Assembly: GCF_963921235.1 (NCBI RefSeq)
Contig: NC_086097.1
Coordinates: 67,768,001 to 67,832,000 of the forward strand
Source of the DNA: Mobula hypostoma
Lineage: Eukaryota
Length of the DNA: 64,000 nt
Direction: 5' to 3'
Part shown: positions 12,234 to 25,989 of the stretch, piece after piece
Layout: every line of letters begins with the position of its first letter
How positions within the stretch are numbered: the first letter of the stretch is position 1
Translations under genes and position numbers: made by a program
The notes under the pieces: generated by a model
The model's input: only the letters and a program-made list of their open reading frames with translations
Database searches by the model: none
What the model was told of the DNA's origin: nothing

Positions 12234-15200
12234 TAGATATTTCATCATTCTTCAACCGAATGCAATTTTGTTCTTTAAATATGTCTAAGTGTGTGTTCAT
12301 AATGCAGCAGGGTTATGTGTATCGTTGGTTAATGGGAAAAAAATCAATAACCTATCCCCTTAACAGTAGAATTTAAGTAAAGCAAATAAAGTGATTGGGA
12401 AAGAATGGTGAATTAGAGTCAATTTAGATACAAAAGGAAAATAGAGATAGCATGAGAACAAATGGATTTGGAGAGATGAAAAATACAGAAAGCAAGTCCT
12501 CATGATTTCATCTATTCCTTTCCTAAGGAAGATATTTAAACTGATAACATGCTTCTTAAACTGTACAAAAAAAAAGCAGGCCTAACATGCAGCTTGATTT
12601 CCATTGACTTGATGTTCTACAATTATCTTGGATGGTTGATGGCAAGTTTCTGTTTATGTGAGGCAAATGATGAGAAAGGGGACATTAGCCAATAATTTGC
12701 AACAATTCACAAGGCCCGGCATCTCTTTTCCTCACCACCAATAGCTTTTAGCGATTTTTCTGCATTCATATCTGCATGTATCATGAACTCTCTCTTACTT
12801 TTCAGCAAATTTGCAGTCATCTTTCATTTGGGATACAATCATGAATGACAGATGGAGAAATAGGATAGCATAATAACAGATCCTCTATACGCCAGTTATC
12901 TGGTTTTGTGCACCCTTTGTAAATCATTATTGTTGCACCAAGGCTATAATCTGGATTTAGTCCACCCTTTCTATATTTTCCATTATTTCTTCATTTTCCC
13001 TGTGCTCAACTGATGGAGTTAGAGAAGGAAAACCGAATACAAAGAATGTAATTTAATCAGTAAAAGTACCACTCTAGCCTCTGGAGAAAAGCTTTGCAAG
13101 CTGAAAATCAGCAGAGTTGCTATCATGCCTCTTGAGGACAAATAAATACCCCTGCTGGAACTTAATGCCAAATGCACTATTTTGAAGAAAAACATATTCT
13201 ACTGTTGCATGGCACTATATGAAAGGTGTTTGGTAACCTCTTTTTAATAAGACTATTTCAATCAAACAACTAATCACAAAATTGCTGACCACCTTAAATG
13301 TATTAAAACATTAAATTCTCATATATGTCAATAGAAAATATGTAATAATGAGGTTGACAGCTTCAAGATAGGGCAGAATTATATTTTCCATAAAATTTCT
13401 CAATAGTGTACCTTCTGAGCTGGAGTGAGATGGTAAGACTGTAGCAAGCTGTTAGTGTGATGGTAGACTGTATGAATTATATTGTTTTAACTTATACATT
13501 ATTCAGTGCCTAAAACTGCCTGCATAGTGTCTAGGGATCTCTGCACAGCAATTGAAGGGATACTTGCAATACCATATGATTGGGATTTTGCTGGAATGAG
13601 GGTTCACTGAATAAGTGTTCTGAATGCTACAGCAGTCTGAATATACACTTATTGACATTCTAATTTACCACTATATCTCAGAGGATTTTTGTCAATTTTC
13701 GATCAGCAAACTTGTAGGACATCCGATAAGTGAAGCCAAAAGCTGATTACATACTGTATATCAAACATGTTCACCATCATTTGAGTGTAGGGCTATAATT
13801 ACAAGTCTATGTCATGTGAAAGCAATGTTTTTTCAGATTTGTTTACAAAAAATATAACTATAAGAGAAAGGAAACAGGAATTTAAAAAACACAGAATGTA
13901 ATTAACAGAAATGTACCATTTCTTCTAGGAAACTGAGATACAAGTAAAATATTCTGGCACACTAGAGTGTTTTGTAGGGATCATGAATATCATTTAGGTG
14001 CCTATAATATCAGACCAGAAATTTCAGTTGGCATGCTGGCAAAACTTTTAGTGTCAGCATCATTATGCTGCAAAACTGACAACGAAGTTTGTGAACTTCA
14101 GATGCAGAGTTCAAAGCAGAAATCCACAATTTGCTGTCGATAATGCATTTCTCCTCTACAAATGTAATGTTGCAATAAAAGCAAAAGCAGTGATTTTATG
14201 CGAACAAGTTTGTTACCTGCCATTCTCAACATCAGAGAAAACACATAAAATAGTAGAATTGAGCTTTTCTCAGTATGTTAGGAGATATTATTGCAGACCA
14301 ACCTCTCTAATCCCAACAAGCTAATCTTATGTATTAATTATAATTTTCTCAGAATGACATTTTCAAATTATCGGCTATTAAAAATAGTGGAAACTGTTAG
14401 CTTCTGTTTATGACGTTTCATCTTTAAACTAAAGTGCATATGTACACTTCAATTGTTTTTTAACTTTCTAAAAAGAGTCACATCAGAAAAGGGGAAATCC
14501 ACACCATACAGGTTACTTAATCCCATGGGATGCTGCCTTTGCGGTCTGTATCAGGCATTATCTCTTCGCATTGTATGAATATTACAAGCATTAAACACAA
14601 ATATTTTCCTTTTAAGATGAAAGCCAAATAAAATCAATTACGGTAATGATGTGTGTTATAGTTACTCTGCTGGAAAAAGAAGCAAAAGCTAAGTACTTTA
14701 CGAGAGATGCAACAGCCTGAAAGTAATAGTATAATATAACACCTATGTCACTTCAGTATGCTATACTGATGAAACTAAATCTTTCTGGATGTGTTTATAG
14801 GAATGCACTTTATTGCAAAAATATTTTAATCCTTAGAATACTGTAATTTATGTCAATCACACTTGCATTCAAGGTTGTTATCAAAGATGATTTATCTTGA
14901 ATTTAACTGAAAAGCTATTAATATGCAGATTTCACAAGTGGCTGATTGCTTGTAGGAGTCATTAAACAAATTCTTAGTTTATCAATTATATAATCTGTGA
15001 CTGAATACTTAAAAAATTATAACTTTATATAGCCTTAATATAAACCTTGAGTATAGTATATTTGATTATTTTACTTGCTAGTTCTCACAAAGAATTGATG
15101 AAAATATTTAATATTTCAACATTCAAAATTCATATTTAGCATGAGATTAAAATATTAGGAGTATTTTAGTGTGGTGCATGTTACATTAAAGTACTTCTAC

Positions 15201-16149
15201 AGCAGTTGAATAAGCTTTGTTACCAAGATAATTAGCTCTTGCAAACTGTGTGCAGTTCATTTTTAAGTCATGCTGTATTCTGCAGTATACATGTTTTCAG
15301 ACTACTTTTAAATGATCATCAACGATTATATTCTGTGATACATATGGTGAGTTTCTTTCAAGCATTGTTGATATATCCAAACTAGACTGAACATAAACTA
15401 ACCTAAAAGGACGATGATTTCAGCCTGTCATATATAAAGGATGTATGGAGCAGATTCATGTCTGGTGCCTATGATCAACATGAAATGAAAATGTTTATTA
15501 GATTAATAAAATTATGGCATTAATTATTTGCATTTCAGTGTTATTCTCATGGAATTCAAAATCTAAAATTGATAAATGTTGCTGAACATGCTAGAAAAAT
15601 AAAAGCATTAACTTACATAGGTGCAAAATATTATATCAAAAATCTATGGATTTTGGACACGATGTCATTTCCGTTTCAACATATGACTAAAGTGGATGCA
15701 TGCATTTGAGGAGCAAATTCGAGAATTTTTCATGAACTAATGCACTGTTATCGCCCACTAGGCAGGCACAGTTTTGATAAATTGTACCATTAATAAGCAA
15801 GCAATGTTGATTTGATGTAATGTTCCCAGTCGGAACTAAATGCTCCAGCTAGCACTTTCTCTTCATTACACATAGCACATAATGGATTCTACAACAGGAA
15901 TTAAGACACAGACGATTTGAAAGTTTCATCAACTACCTTTAAATAAGATACTCATTGGTTCTACTAATTGTTGTCATGGTTTACGGTTATTTTCTGCTCC
16001 CTGGAATTCTTTAAAATTATTTGTTTATAGAGAGGGCTGTGCTGCCATGCTCGAGGGTTTTTGTCTTGATTTTGTCCAAAGCGGTTCTTTCCAGACAATA
16101 CCATGTCGAGGAGACTGGGTAGAAGTGGCACAGAGTAGGGCAAGTACAC

Positions 16150-16420
16150 AAGAGAGATAAGGGAGGGAGAGTTTAAATGCTGCTAATATCTTTCAGCTTG
16201 GGGTATCATGTTCATGTGTCGTGGGCACATGTTAATTGGCAGGCAACATAAATAAACAACAAAGGGGATTAATTGCATAATGCAATTCATGAGCCCACTT
16301 CAGGAGGCTTTTTACTTCAGCACCCGACAGACAATTCAAGTGTTAAATGTTACCCCTCCACAATTATGCTTCACCCAGGTTATAATGTTGCAATTTCTGA
16401 GGCTTCCTGATCTTTTTCAT
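16150..16420. promoter_or_regulatory. Candidate conserved enhancer (SOX/POU/FOX/homeodomain motif cluster)
   Basis: Non-repetitive sequence with TAATTG (16233), ATAAACA (16252), AACAAAG (16258) and the palindrome AATTGCAT-A-ATGCAATT (16271-16287). NPAS3 introns are known to be rich in conserved non-coding elements. Confidence 0.45.
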
Positions 16421-16817
16421 GGAATTGATTCTTAGCTTGATTCAGTCTTTCAAAAAATAATTTTACAGTTACAATTGGGAACTAATTCTAAAAAAATGTG
16501 GTTATTGATATGACAGTTAAATAAAAAGCAAAATCGCTCCTTTTATATCCCTTTTAGAATGTTCCAATGTGTTTTAGAGCACGTGAAGCATTTTTTGAAG
16601 TACGGGCACAGTAATAATATAGCAAACAAGATAGCCGGTCAGCACAAAACTAGCTTCCACAAATTTTAAAATCTAAATTATCTATTTTAGATATTTGATT
16701 GAAAAAAACAAATATTGCCCAGAACATCACGTGTACAGTATCTTGCCTGCACTTTAAAAAGTCTTTCATATCTGAGAGTGGGAGTTGAGTTTAAATGCCA
16801 CCTGATAGACAACACCT

Positions 16818-16980
16818 AGAACAGTACAGCATGAGAACAGGCCCTTCAGCACACTATGTTCAGCCAAACTAATTAAATTAGTAATCAAATACCGTATTAA
16901 ACAAATCCCTTCTGCCTAAACTGTTATAAAATGCATATCCTTTCATTTCCTTCAGATTCATGTGCCTATTTAAGAGCCCC
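16818..16980 (-). mobile_element. CR1 3' tail fragment
   Basis: Similar to the 9112-9285 tail (aacaggcccttc…ccaaactaattaaa…ttcatgtgcctat). Confidence 0.6.
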
Positions 16981-16989
16981 TTTGTTGTA

Positions 16990-18370
16990 TTTTAAGAATA
17001 GAGGGAGTCAGCAGAAAGAAAATTATAGAATAGTTAGTCTGAACTCAGTGGTTGGGAAGATATTGGAGTCAACTGTTATGGAATACTTGGTGACACAGGA
17101 CAAGATATGACAAAGTCAGCATGGTTGCCTTAAGGGGAAATCTTGCCTGTCAAACCTGTTGGATTTTTTTGTGGAGATTATAAGTAGGATAGATAAAGGG
17201 GATGCTGTGAATGTTGCATATTTGGATTTTCAGAGGGTCTTTGACATGGTGCCACACATAAGGCTGCTTACCAAGTTAAGAACCCATGGTATTACAGAAA
17301 GTTACTGGCATGGTTAGAGTATTGACTGATTGGTAGAAGCCAGCGAGTGGGAATAAAAGGATTATTGTCCCGTTGGCTTTCAGTGACTAATAGTGTTCCA
17401 CAGGGGTCGGTGATGGGACCACTTCTTTTTATGCTGTATATAAATGATTTAGGTGATGGAATAGATGGCTTTGTTGCCATGTTTACAGATGATATGAAGA
17501 TCAGTGGAGGGGCAGGTAGTGTTGAAGAAACAGGAAGGCTGCAGAAGGATTTAGACAGATTAGGAGAATGGGCAAGAAAGTGGAAAATGAAATACAGTGT
17601 TGGAAAATTGCATAGTCATGCACTTTGATAGTAGTAACAAATGTCCAGACTATTTTCTAAATGGGGAGAAAATCCAAAAATCTGAGATGCAAAGAGACTT
17701 GTAAATCCTGGTGCAGAACACCCTAAAAGTTAGCTTGCAGATTGAGTCGGTGGTGAGGAAGGCAAATACAGTGTTAGCATTCATTTCAAGAGGTCTAGAA
17801 TATAAGAGCAGGGATGTGATGCTGAGGTTTTATAAGGCACTGGTGAGGCTTCACCTTGAGTATTGTGAACAGTTTTGGGCTCCTCATCTTATGAAAGATG
17901 TGCTGGCATTGGAGAGGGTTCAGAGGAGGTTCACAAGGACGATTCCAGGAATGAAAGGATTATCACACAAGGAACATTTGATAGCTCTGGGCCTGCACTT
18001 GCTGGAACTTAAAAGGCTAAGGAGGGATCACATTGAAATCTTTCAAATGTTAAGAGGCCTAGACAGAGTAGATGTGGAAAGGATTTTTCCATGGTGAGCG
18101 AGTCTAGGACAAGAGGGCACAGTCTCAGGAAAGAGGGGTATCTGTTTAAAACAGATATGTGGAAAAATTCCTTTAGCCAGAGGGTGGTGAATTTGTGGAA
18201 TTTATTCCCACAGGCAGCTGTGGAGGCCAGGTCATTGGGTGTATTTAAGGCGGAGATTGATAGGTTCTTGCTTAGCCACAGCATCAAAGATTATGGGGAG
18301 AAGGCTGGGGATCAGCCATGATTGAATGGTGGAGCAGAGTCGATGGGCCAAATGGCCTCATTCTGCTCCA
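16990..18370 (+). mobile_element. CR1 LINE ORF2 (RT) fragment, frameshifted
   Basis: ORFs 17347-17628 (VPQGSVMGPLLF…MFTDDMK), 17711-18097 and 18091-18321 are collinear with CR1 RT. Confidence 0.9.
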
Positions 18371-18384
18371 AAGTCTTCTCGTCT

Positions 18385-21300
18385 TATTTCCCACCACCGT
18401 CACCCCTGGCTGTGCATTTCAGGCACCCAACACTTTGTGTAAAAACTTGCTCAAATATATCCTTTGAATTTCCCCCCCTCACCTTAAATGCATGCTCTCT
18501 GATATTAGGCATTTCAACCTTGGGAAAAAGATACTGGCTGTCTTTTCTATCTATGCCTCTCATAATCATAGAAAACTTTATCAGATCTTCTCTCAGCCTC
18601 CATCACTCCAAAGAAAACAACCCAAGTTTGTCCTCTAATGCAGAAAGCATCCTGGTAAACCTCTTCTGCACCCTCAACAAACCTTTGACATGCTTCCTAT
18701 ACTAGGAAAGGCAGAACTGAAGGCAATACTCCAGATGTGGCCTAACTAGAGTTTTATAAAGTTGCAATATAACTTCCTGATTCTAACTCAATTCCTCAAG
18801 TAATAAATGTAAGCGCCCCATATGCCACCTTCACTATCCTAGTAACCGATGTAGCCACTGACAGGGAACTACGGACTTGGGCCGCAAGATCCCTCTGCAC
18901 AACACTGTACATCCCTTTACGTTTCATCTGCCAAAGTGCAACACTTCACATTTGGCCAGGTTAAACTCCACCTGCCATTTCTTCACCCATGCCTGCAACT
19001 GATCTATACCCCACTGTATCCTTTGGCAGTCGTCTATGTTATTCATAATACCAAGGATCCCATTCATCTTACTCATGGATGAGTCTTGACGAGCTACCTA
19101 GTCAAACACCTTACTAAAATTCACGTAGACATCATCCACAGCCCTAACATTAATTGTCTTCGCCATCTCCTCGAAAGACTCTATCAAATTAGTAAGACAT
19201 GACTTGCCTTGACTATCCCTAATTAGGCAATGGTTGCCATATCTTCATAATTACTATCTCTAAGAATCCTCTCCAGGAACTTCCTCACCACTGGCATGAG
19301 ATTAACCTGTCTACAGTTTCCAGGATTTACCCTACTTTCCTTCTTGAATAATGGAACATTTCCTACCCACCAGTTCTCTCAAACCTCACAGGTGGCAAGA
19401 GACATGAAGATCTTTTTTAATGGGTTCTATTGGGTTTCTTGTTTTTGTGGCTGCCTGTAAGCAGATGAATCTCAAGATTGTCTATAGTATATTGTACATA
19501 CTTTGATAGAGGTCAAGGCACATCATCTCTTCTCTCCTCTCAGTAACCTGGGGTATATTGCATTAGGGCCTGGAGACTTATCCACCTTGACGCTGTTTAA
19601 GAGATTCAACACCACCTCCTCCTTTATCTCAAAATGCCCTAGCAAATTAGCAGACGGACATCCCAATCCTCTGTATCCTTCTCCTTAGTAAATACTGATT
19701 CAAAATATTCACTTAGAACCTCAACCACATTCTCCGCCTCCACATTCCCTCCTTTATCCGCGAGTAGTCCTACCCTCTATTGAAGTTTCTCTCTTCCTCT
19801 TGATGTATGTACAGAATGTGTTGGAACTCTTTTAAAATCAACTTGCCAAAGACTTTTCATGGTCCCTCTAGACTCTCTTAATTCTCTTCTTGACTTCTTT
19901 CTGGTCTATTTATAATCCCCATGCCTCTGTTTGATTTTAGATTCCTAAGCTTTACGTACAGCTTATTTTTCTTTTTAACTGAATTCATCACCTCTCAAGA
20001 CATCCAAGGTTCTCTTAGCTTGTCATCCTAGTTCTTCCTTCTTACCGCCTTGTACTATGTGCAGTTGGTCTTTAAACACCTTCAAAATGTCAAATGTGGA
20101 CTTGCTCAAAACAGTTGTTCCCAATGAACTCCCTTTACTTCTTGCCCAATACTCTCATAAATTGAACTGTTCAAATTAAATATTCTCCTGTAAGGTCTGT
20201 ACTTACCCATATCTGTAACTACCTTAAGACTTGTGAACCATCTTAAAAGTTGTGATCACTGTTTTCTACAACTGTCACCTGGCCAGGCCTATTACGCAAC
20301 ACCAGGCCAAGTATGCCCCCTCCTCTTGTTGGATTGATTGATTTAAGAGACCCTCCTGGATGTACCCAACAAATTCTACCCCATCTAAACCTTTTACACT
20401 GAGGAGGTCCCAGTCTATATTAGGGAAGTTGAAATTACCTACTGCAACAACCCTGATATTCTTACGCCATATTGTAATCTGCATATCTGCTTCTCAGGGT
20501 CTTGGTGGCTATTGGGTGGTCTGCAGTATAATCCAATCTGAGGGGTTGCACCATTCTTACCTTTGATTTCTACCCAAATATATTCTGTGGATGAGCCCTC
20601 CATTATGTTCTCTCTGATTGAGGCTGTGGTACTGTTCCTCATTGACAGTGCAACATCCCTCACCACCAACCCCCCCCCCCCTTACCTTCTTCTCTATCTT
20701 TTCTAAGACATCAAAAACCTGGAATATTAAGCTTTCATTTGTGTCTCTCTCTCAAACAAGTCTCTGTTATAGCCACAACATCATAGTTTCATGTACTAAT
20801 CCATGCTCTAATTTCATCGCTTTTACCCATTATACTTTCGGCAATAAATGCACACACTTCAACCTGTTTCTACTACCTTGCTCCTGTTTGTTCTTAATGG
20901 TCATGACATGTCACTTCTTCTCAATTCCTCCACTTTCTGACCTGGTGCTCTGGTTCCCATTCCCTGCCAAACGGGCACGAGTGAATCCCTTGGCCAGGAT
21001 ATCGATTTGAGGTGCAACACATCCCTCTTGTGCATATTGCCCCTGCCCTAGACAAGGTTCTAATAATCCAAGAAGCTGAAACCCTGCCCCCTGTTCCAGT
21101 TCCTCAGCCACACATTCATCTGTTCTATCTTTATATTCTTATCCTGACTCACACGTCGCACCGGGAGCAATCTGAAAATTTTAAGTCTGGTTTATCAGCC
21201 TCTTTCTTAACTCCCTATACTCACTGTGAAGGACCTCTTCCCCCTTCCTAACGGTATCATTATGCCGAAGTGCACTATGACCTCTGGCTTCTTATCTCCT

Positions 21301-21900
21301 CCTTGAGAATATTCTGCATCAACTCTGAGACATCCTTGGCAACATACTTTCTTGGTGTTTCTTTCACAGCCATACAATCTCCTGTCTATTCTCCTAACCA
21401 TCAGGTTTCTTATCACTATTACTCTGCATGACTTTATCCTTCCCTGCTGAGCCCCAAAACCAGCCACAGTTCCACTGACCTGGATGTTGTGCTCTGATAG
21501 GTCATCACTCCCTCTGCAGTATCCAAAGGGGTGTACTGGTTGCCATGAGCAATAGCCACAAGTGATCCTGCACTGCTCATCTCTTCCCCTTACCTTTGCT
21601 GATAGTCACCCAACTATCTGCAGTCAGTACCTCAGCAGCGACCACCTCACTAAAACTCTTGACTATGATGCTCTCAGCACCCCAGATGATCCCAAGTACA
21701 TCCAGCTTCATTTCCTTCACAGAGCCAGACACGAGCTGCAGCTGGGCATACATCCTACCGGTGAAATCATCAGGGACACTTGCAGTCTCCCTGATCTTCC
21801 ACATACTGCAGAAGAAGCATACCACAGCCCTGCTACTCTAATAAGAACAATTCTAAGGAAAGCCTCAGCAGTACCAACCAGCTCAGCGTTCTCTCACTGA
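18385..21900 (-). mobile_element. Near-full-length but degenerate CR1 LINE (ORF1 zinc-finger/esterase, endonuclease and RT remnants)
   Basis: ORF1 N-terminus MVCFFCSMWKIRE… (21577-21825), esterase-like RVIVIRNLMVRRIDRR (21207-21467), endonuclease GLYCRPPNS and GNFNFPNIDW (20275-20669), RT C-terminus 18384-18569. A small Rex1-type tail is inserted at about 19420-19507. Confidence 0.85.
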
Positions 21901-21994
21901 AGCCTCCTGAACCAAACTTCAACACTGACACTCAACCACAGAACACATCAACAAAAACATAGCCACCCCCAAAAATGGCTGCTCCACTCGAGCC

Positions 21995-22562
21995 TGTACT
22001 GGTATTACAGGAAAGATACTAGCATGGATAGAAAATTGGGGGACAGGCAGGAGATAAAGCGTGGAAATAAAGGAGGCATTGGAGAGGTTCACAAGAATGA
22101 GCTCAGGAATGAAAGGGTTAATATATGAGGGGCATTTGATGGCTCTGGGCCTGAGTTCAGAAGAATGAAGGGGGATCTCATTGAAACCTATTGAAGATTG
22201 AAATATGTAGATAATGTGGATGTGGATAGCATGTTTCCTATAGTGAGGGCATCCAGGACCAGAGGGCACAGGCTCAGAATACAAGGACATCCCTTTAGAA
22301 CAGATGTGTGAAGGAATTTTGTTAGCCAGTGGGTGGTGAATCTGTGTAACTCATTATGACAAATGGCTGTAGAGGCCAAGTCATTGGGTATGTTTAAAGC
22401 AGCGGTGACAGGTTCTTGATCAGTAATGGCATCAAAGGTTATGGGGAAAAGGCAAGAAAATGGGATTGAGAGAGATAATAAATCATCCTTGATGGAATGG
22501 TGGAGCAGATTTGATGGGCCGAATGGCTTTATTCTGCTTGAATGTCTTATGATTTTATGGTC
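21995..22562 (+). mobile_element. CR1 3' fragment with internal deletion
   Basis: ALERFTR- and SRTRGHRLRI-like remnants, plus the CR1 3'UTR (gatgggccgaatggc). Confidence 0.75.
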
Positions 22563-22580
22563 TATTTACTTGAACAGGTA

Positions 22581-24184
22581 CAAAGCCTGTAAGAAAGTAT
22601 TCCCCACCGCCCCCCAGGAGTTTTCATGTTATTTTGTTTTACAACATTGAATCACAGTGGATTTAATTTGGCTTTTTTGACATTGATAAACAGAAAAAGA
22701 CTGTTTCATGTCAAAGTGAAAACAGATCTCTACAAAGTTATCTAAATTCATTACAAATATAAAATGCAAAATAATTGATTGCCTAAGTATTCATCCTCTT
22801 CAAGTCAGTATTTAGTAGATGCATTTTGGGAGCAATTACAACCTTGAGTCTGTGTGGCTAGGTCTCTCTCAGCTTTGCATATCTGGACACTGCAACTTTT
22901 TCCCCATTCTTTTTTATAAAATTGCTCAAGCTCTGTCAGATTGCATGGAGATCGCGAATGAACTGCTCTTTTCAAGTCCAGCCATAAATTCTCAATTGGA
23001 TTGAGGTCTGGACTGCCTTGACCATTCCAGGACATTATCTTTGTTGTTTTTAAGCCATTCCTGTCTACCTTTGGCTTTCTGCTTAGGGGCATTGTCCTAC
23101 TGAAAAACAAATCTTCCAAGTTGCAGTTCTCTTGCAGACTACATCAGGTTTTCCTCCAGGATTTCTCTGTATTTTCTTGGATTTATATTACCCTCTACCT
23201 TCACAAGCCTTCCAAGGCTTGCTGCAGTGAAGCATCCCCACAGCATGAGGCAGCCACCACCATGCTTCATGGTGGAGATGGTGTGTATTTGATGATGTGT
23301 GATGCTTGGCTTATGTTAAACATAAGGTTTAGTCTGATGGCCAATCAGCTCAATTTTGGCTTCAGCAGTCGATAGAACCTTCTTCCAGCTGACTTCAGAG
23401 TCTCCCACATGCCTTCTGGCAAACTCCAGCCAAAATTTCATGTGAGATTTTTTCAACAGTGGCTTTCTCTTTGCAACTTTCTCATAAAGCTATGACTGGT
23501 GAAGCACCCAGGCAACAGTTGTATGTGCAGTCTCTCCCATAGCCATTGAAGCTTGTAACTCCTCCAGATATGTCAGAGGTCTCTTGGTGACCCCCCTCAC
23601 TAGTCCCCTTCTTACACACTCACTCAGTTTTTGAGGACGGCCTGCTCTAGACAGATTTATTGCTGTGCCATATTCTTTCCTTTTCTTGATGCTTGACCTA
23701 ACTGTACTTCAGGGGCTATTCAGTGACTTGGAAATTTCATCGCCTGACTTGTGCTTTTCAATAACCTTTTCATGGAGTTGCTTGGAGTGCTGTTTTGTCT
23801 TCATAGTGTAGTTTTTGCCAGGATACTGACTCACCAGAAGGTGGACCTTCTAGACACAGGTGTATTTTTACTACAATCAATTGAAACACTTTGACTGCAC
23901 AGGATGATCTCTATTTAACTAATTAAGTGACCTCTAAAACCAATTGGCTGCACCAGTGATGATTTGGTATGTCATATTAAAGGGAGGGGGCGAATTATTT
24001 GTGTTTTATATTTGTAATTAATTTAGATCATTTTGTAGAGACCTGTTTTCACTTTGATATGAAAGTGTCTTTTTCTGTTGATCAATGTCAAAAAGGCCAA
24101 ATTAAATCCACTGTGATTCAATGTTGTAAAACAATAAAGCATGAAAAATTCCAAGGGGGAGGTGAATACTTTCTGTAGGCACTG
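22581..24184 (-). mobile_element. Full-length (1.6 kb) Tc1-family transposon with pseudogenised transposase
   Basis: TIRs of ~220 bp with inner and outer aagtattcaccccc-type direct repeats. TA duplications at 22579-22580 and 24185-24186. SPDLNPIENLW motif in ORF 22805-23119. Same family as 10660-12233. Confidence 0.92.
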
Positions 24185-24309
24185 TATATGGATGGATGAG
24201 GTTTAAAGGACAAATACAGGCAAACACAGTCAAGGTCAAATATAGGCAAACGGAATGAGCCAAGATGTGTAGAAAGCAATGGATTCTGCCCAGTATCAGG
24301 GGCACATAC

Positions 24310-24640
24310 CTCTCCACCCCACCATTACCGTAGGTAGTATTACAAAAGGCATGAAGAAGGCAACATCTAGCATCGAAAATCTTCACCATCCAGGCTATGT
24401 CATCATTTTGCAGCTACTATCAGACAAGGAAGTACAGAAAGTTAAAGCTCCACACCACCAGGTTCAAGAACAGTTAATTTCCTTCAACATTTCATTCTTA
24501 AAGCAACGTTCACATTACAGTATGGCAATACTATGACCATTTCGATCAATTTGTACTTGGTTTAATTTATGTTTTTTTCTGTGAATGCTACTAATTGTCT
24601 GCTGTGTGCCTGTGATGCTGCAGCATTTAAGTGTTTTATC
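24310..24640 (+). mobile_element. Rex1/Babar-like LINE 3' fragment
   Basis: KATSSIENLHHPGYVIILQLLS resembles the C-termini of the Rex1 copies at about 54480 and 42750. Confidence 0.6.
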
Positions 24641-24809
24641 CCTCGGGCCTAAGATAATAGGCTTGACTCTGCCCGAATCATGTTTGATATGGACCAGTAG
24701 GAGTGAAGGGCCGAGATCCATGTTAATGATTCTATAGCTCAGTAACAGGGTCCATGAAATTATCAAATTGCTTTAAAAACTTAGCAGGTTCATTTATGTT
24801 CTTTAGGGA

Positions 24810-25135
24810 AAATTATGAGAGGCATAGATAGGGGCGATTAAGCATTTTTCTCAAGGTGGAAATTTCATATCACGGAGGGCATAAGTTTAAGGTAGCAGAG
24901 GGCAAGTTTAAAGGAGATCTGCGAGGTATGGCTTTCTTTTCAAAGACAATGGTAGATACAGTCCCAGTATGATAGCAATGTTTAAAAAGGCATTTAGACA
25001 GGTGCATGAAACAGATGGGCATAGAGATATATGGGGCATAGAGATATATGGACCATATGCAAGCAGATGGCATCATGATTGGTGTAGCCATGATGGACCA
25101 AAGGGTTTGTTCCTGTGTTAAACAATTCTGTGTTC
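24810..25135 (+). mobile_element. CR1 3' fragment
   Basis: attatgagaggcatagatagg…gggcataagtttaagg…tttagacaggtgcatg. Includes a 17-nt tandem duplication at about 25017-25052. Confidence 0.65.
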
Positions 25136-25137
25136 AG

Positions 25138-25253
25138 CAAACAGAATTCCTGACAAACCTTAGAGACAAACCTTACGCTTATCCCTGACAAACAGAATCC
25201 CTGACAAACCTTAGAGACAAACCTTACGTTTATCCCTGACAAACCTTAGAAAC
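25138..25253. repeat. Minisatellite: 2 x 51-bp unit plus a partial, built from GACAAAC(CTTA) sub-repeats
   Basis: acagaattcctgacaaaccttagagacaaaccttacgcttatccctgacaa repeats at 25141 and 25192. Confidence 0.9.
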
Positions 25254-25989
25254 ATTGTAGACAGAAAAAAAAGGATCAAGTTATTGCATGGTAATAATGC
25301 TAGGTCCAGTTTTTTGATGCAATTCATCTCAAGTTTCATAAAGTTAAACTCTGATATAATTTCCCAATAGAAATATCAATTTAAACAATTCAAATCTTAT
25401 AAGGTTATAGCAGCAATAATGTAATATAATACAATTGCCTTGACTTGAGAGGAAGATACTTTTAATTTGTGTAACTTTCATTCATTTTATTAAGTAAGAC
25501 ATCATTACACTAGCAAATTTTTCTTTTAATGTTCTCAGCGGGAAATTTATGGAAACAACTTGGTGCATTTACCCTATCGTATTTAAATTCCAAAAACACA
25601 ACAAGACCTAATTCAGTCTTGATCTTTCACAAATATGGGATTATAAGCACTCCAGGGATATTACTTTTCAAGAGAAATCTAATTGAGAATTGGTATGGAA
25701 AAGTAATAGCCAGAGTATGTATACTTATATAATACATATAATGTGTAGCAACAAATCTATATGACTCCCAATAAGCCACAGTATCTGTTTTTTCATACAC
25801 TAAGCATACTGCCAGAGGGCTGGATATCTATTTTATATGTAAAGTGCAGTATATGTTTTGTACTTGACTTTATTTGCCAAATTATTAGGACAATCTTTTC
25901 TGACTACTTTATGTCCTATCATTATCTAAGTTTAATATAAGTAACATTATTATTATTGTGTTCAGTTCTGGTTGTCTCATTATAGAAAG

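Noticed and set aside
25138..25253. Repeat array considered as CRISPR-like
   Set aside because: No unique spacers, only about 2 units, a vertebrate context and no cas genes.
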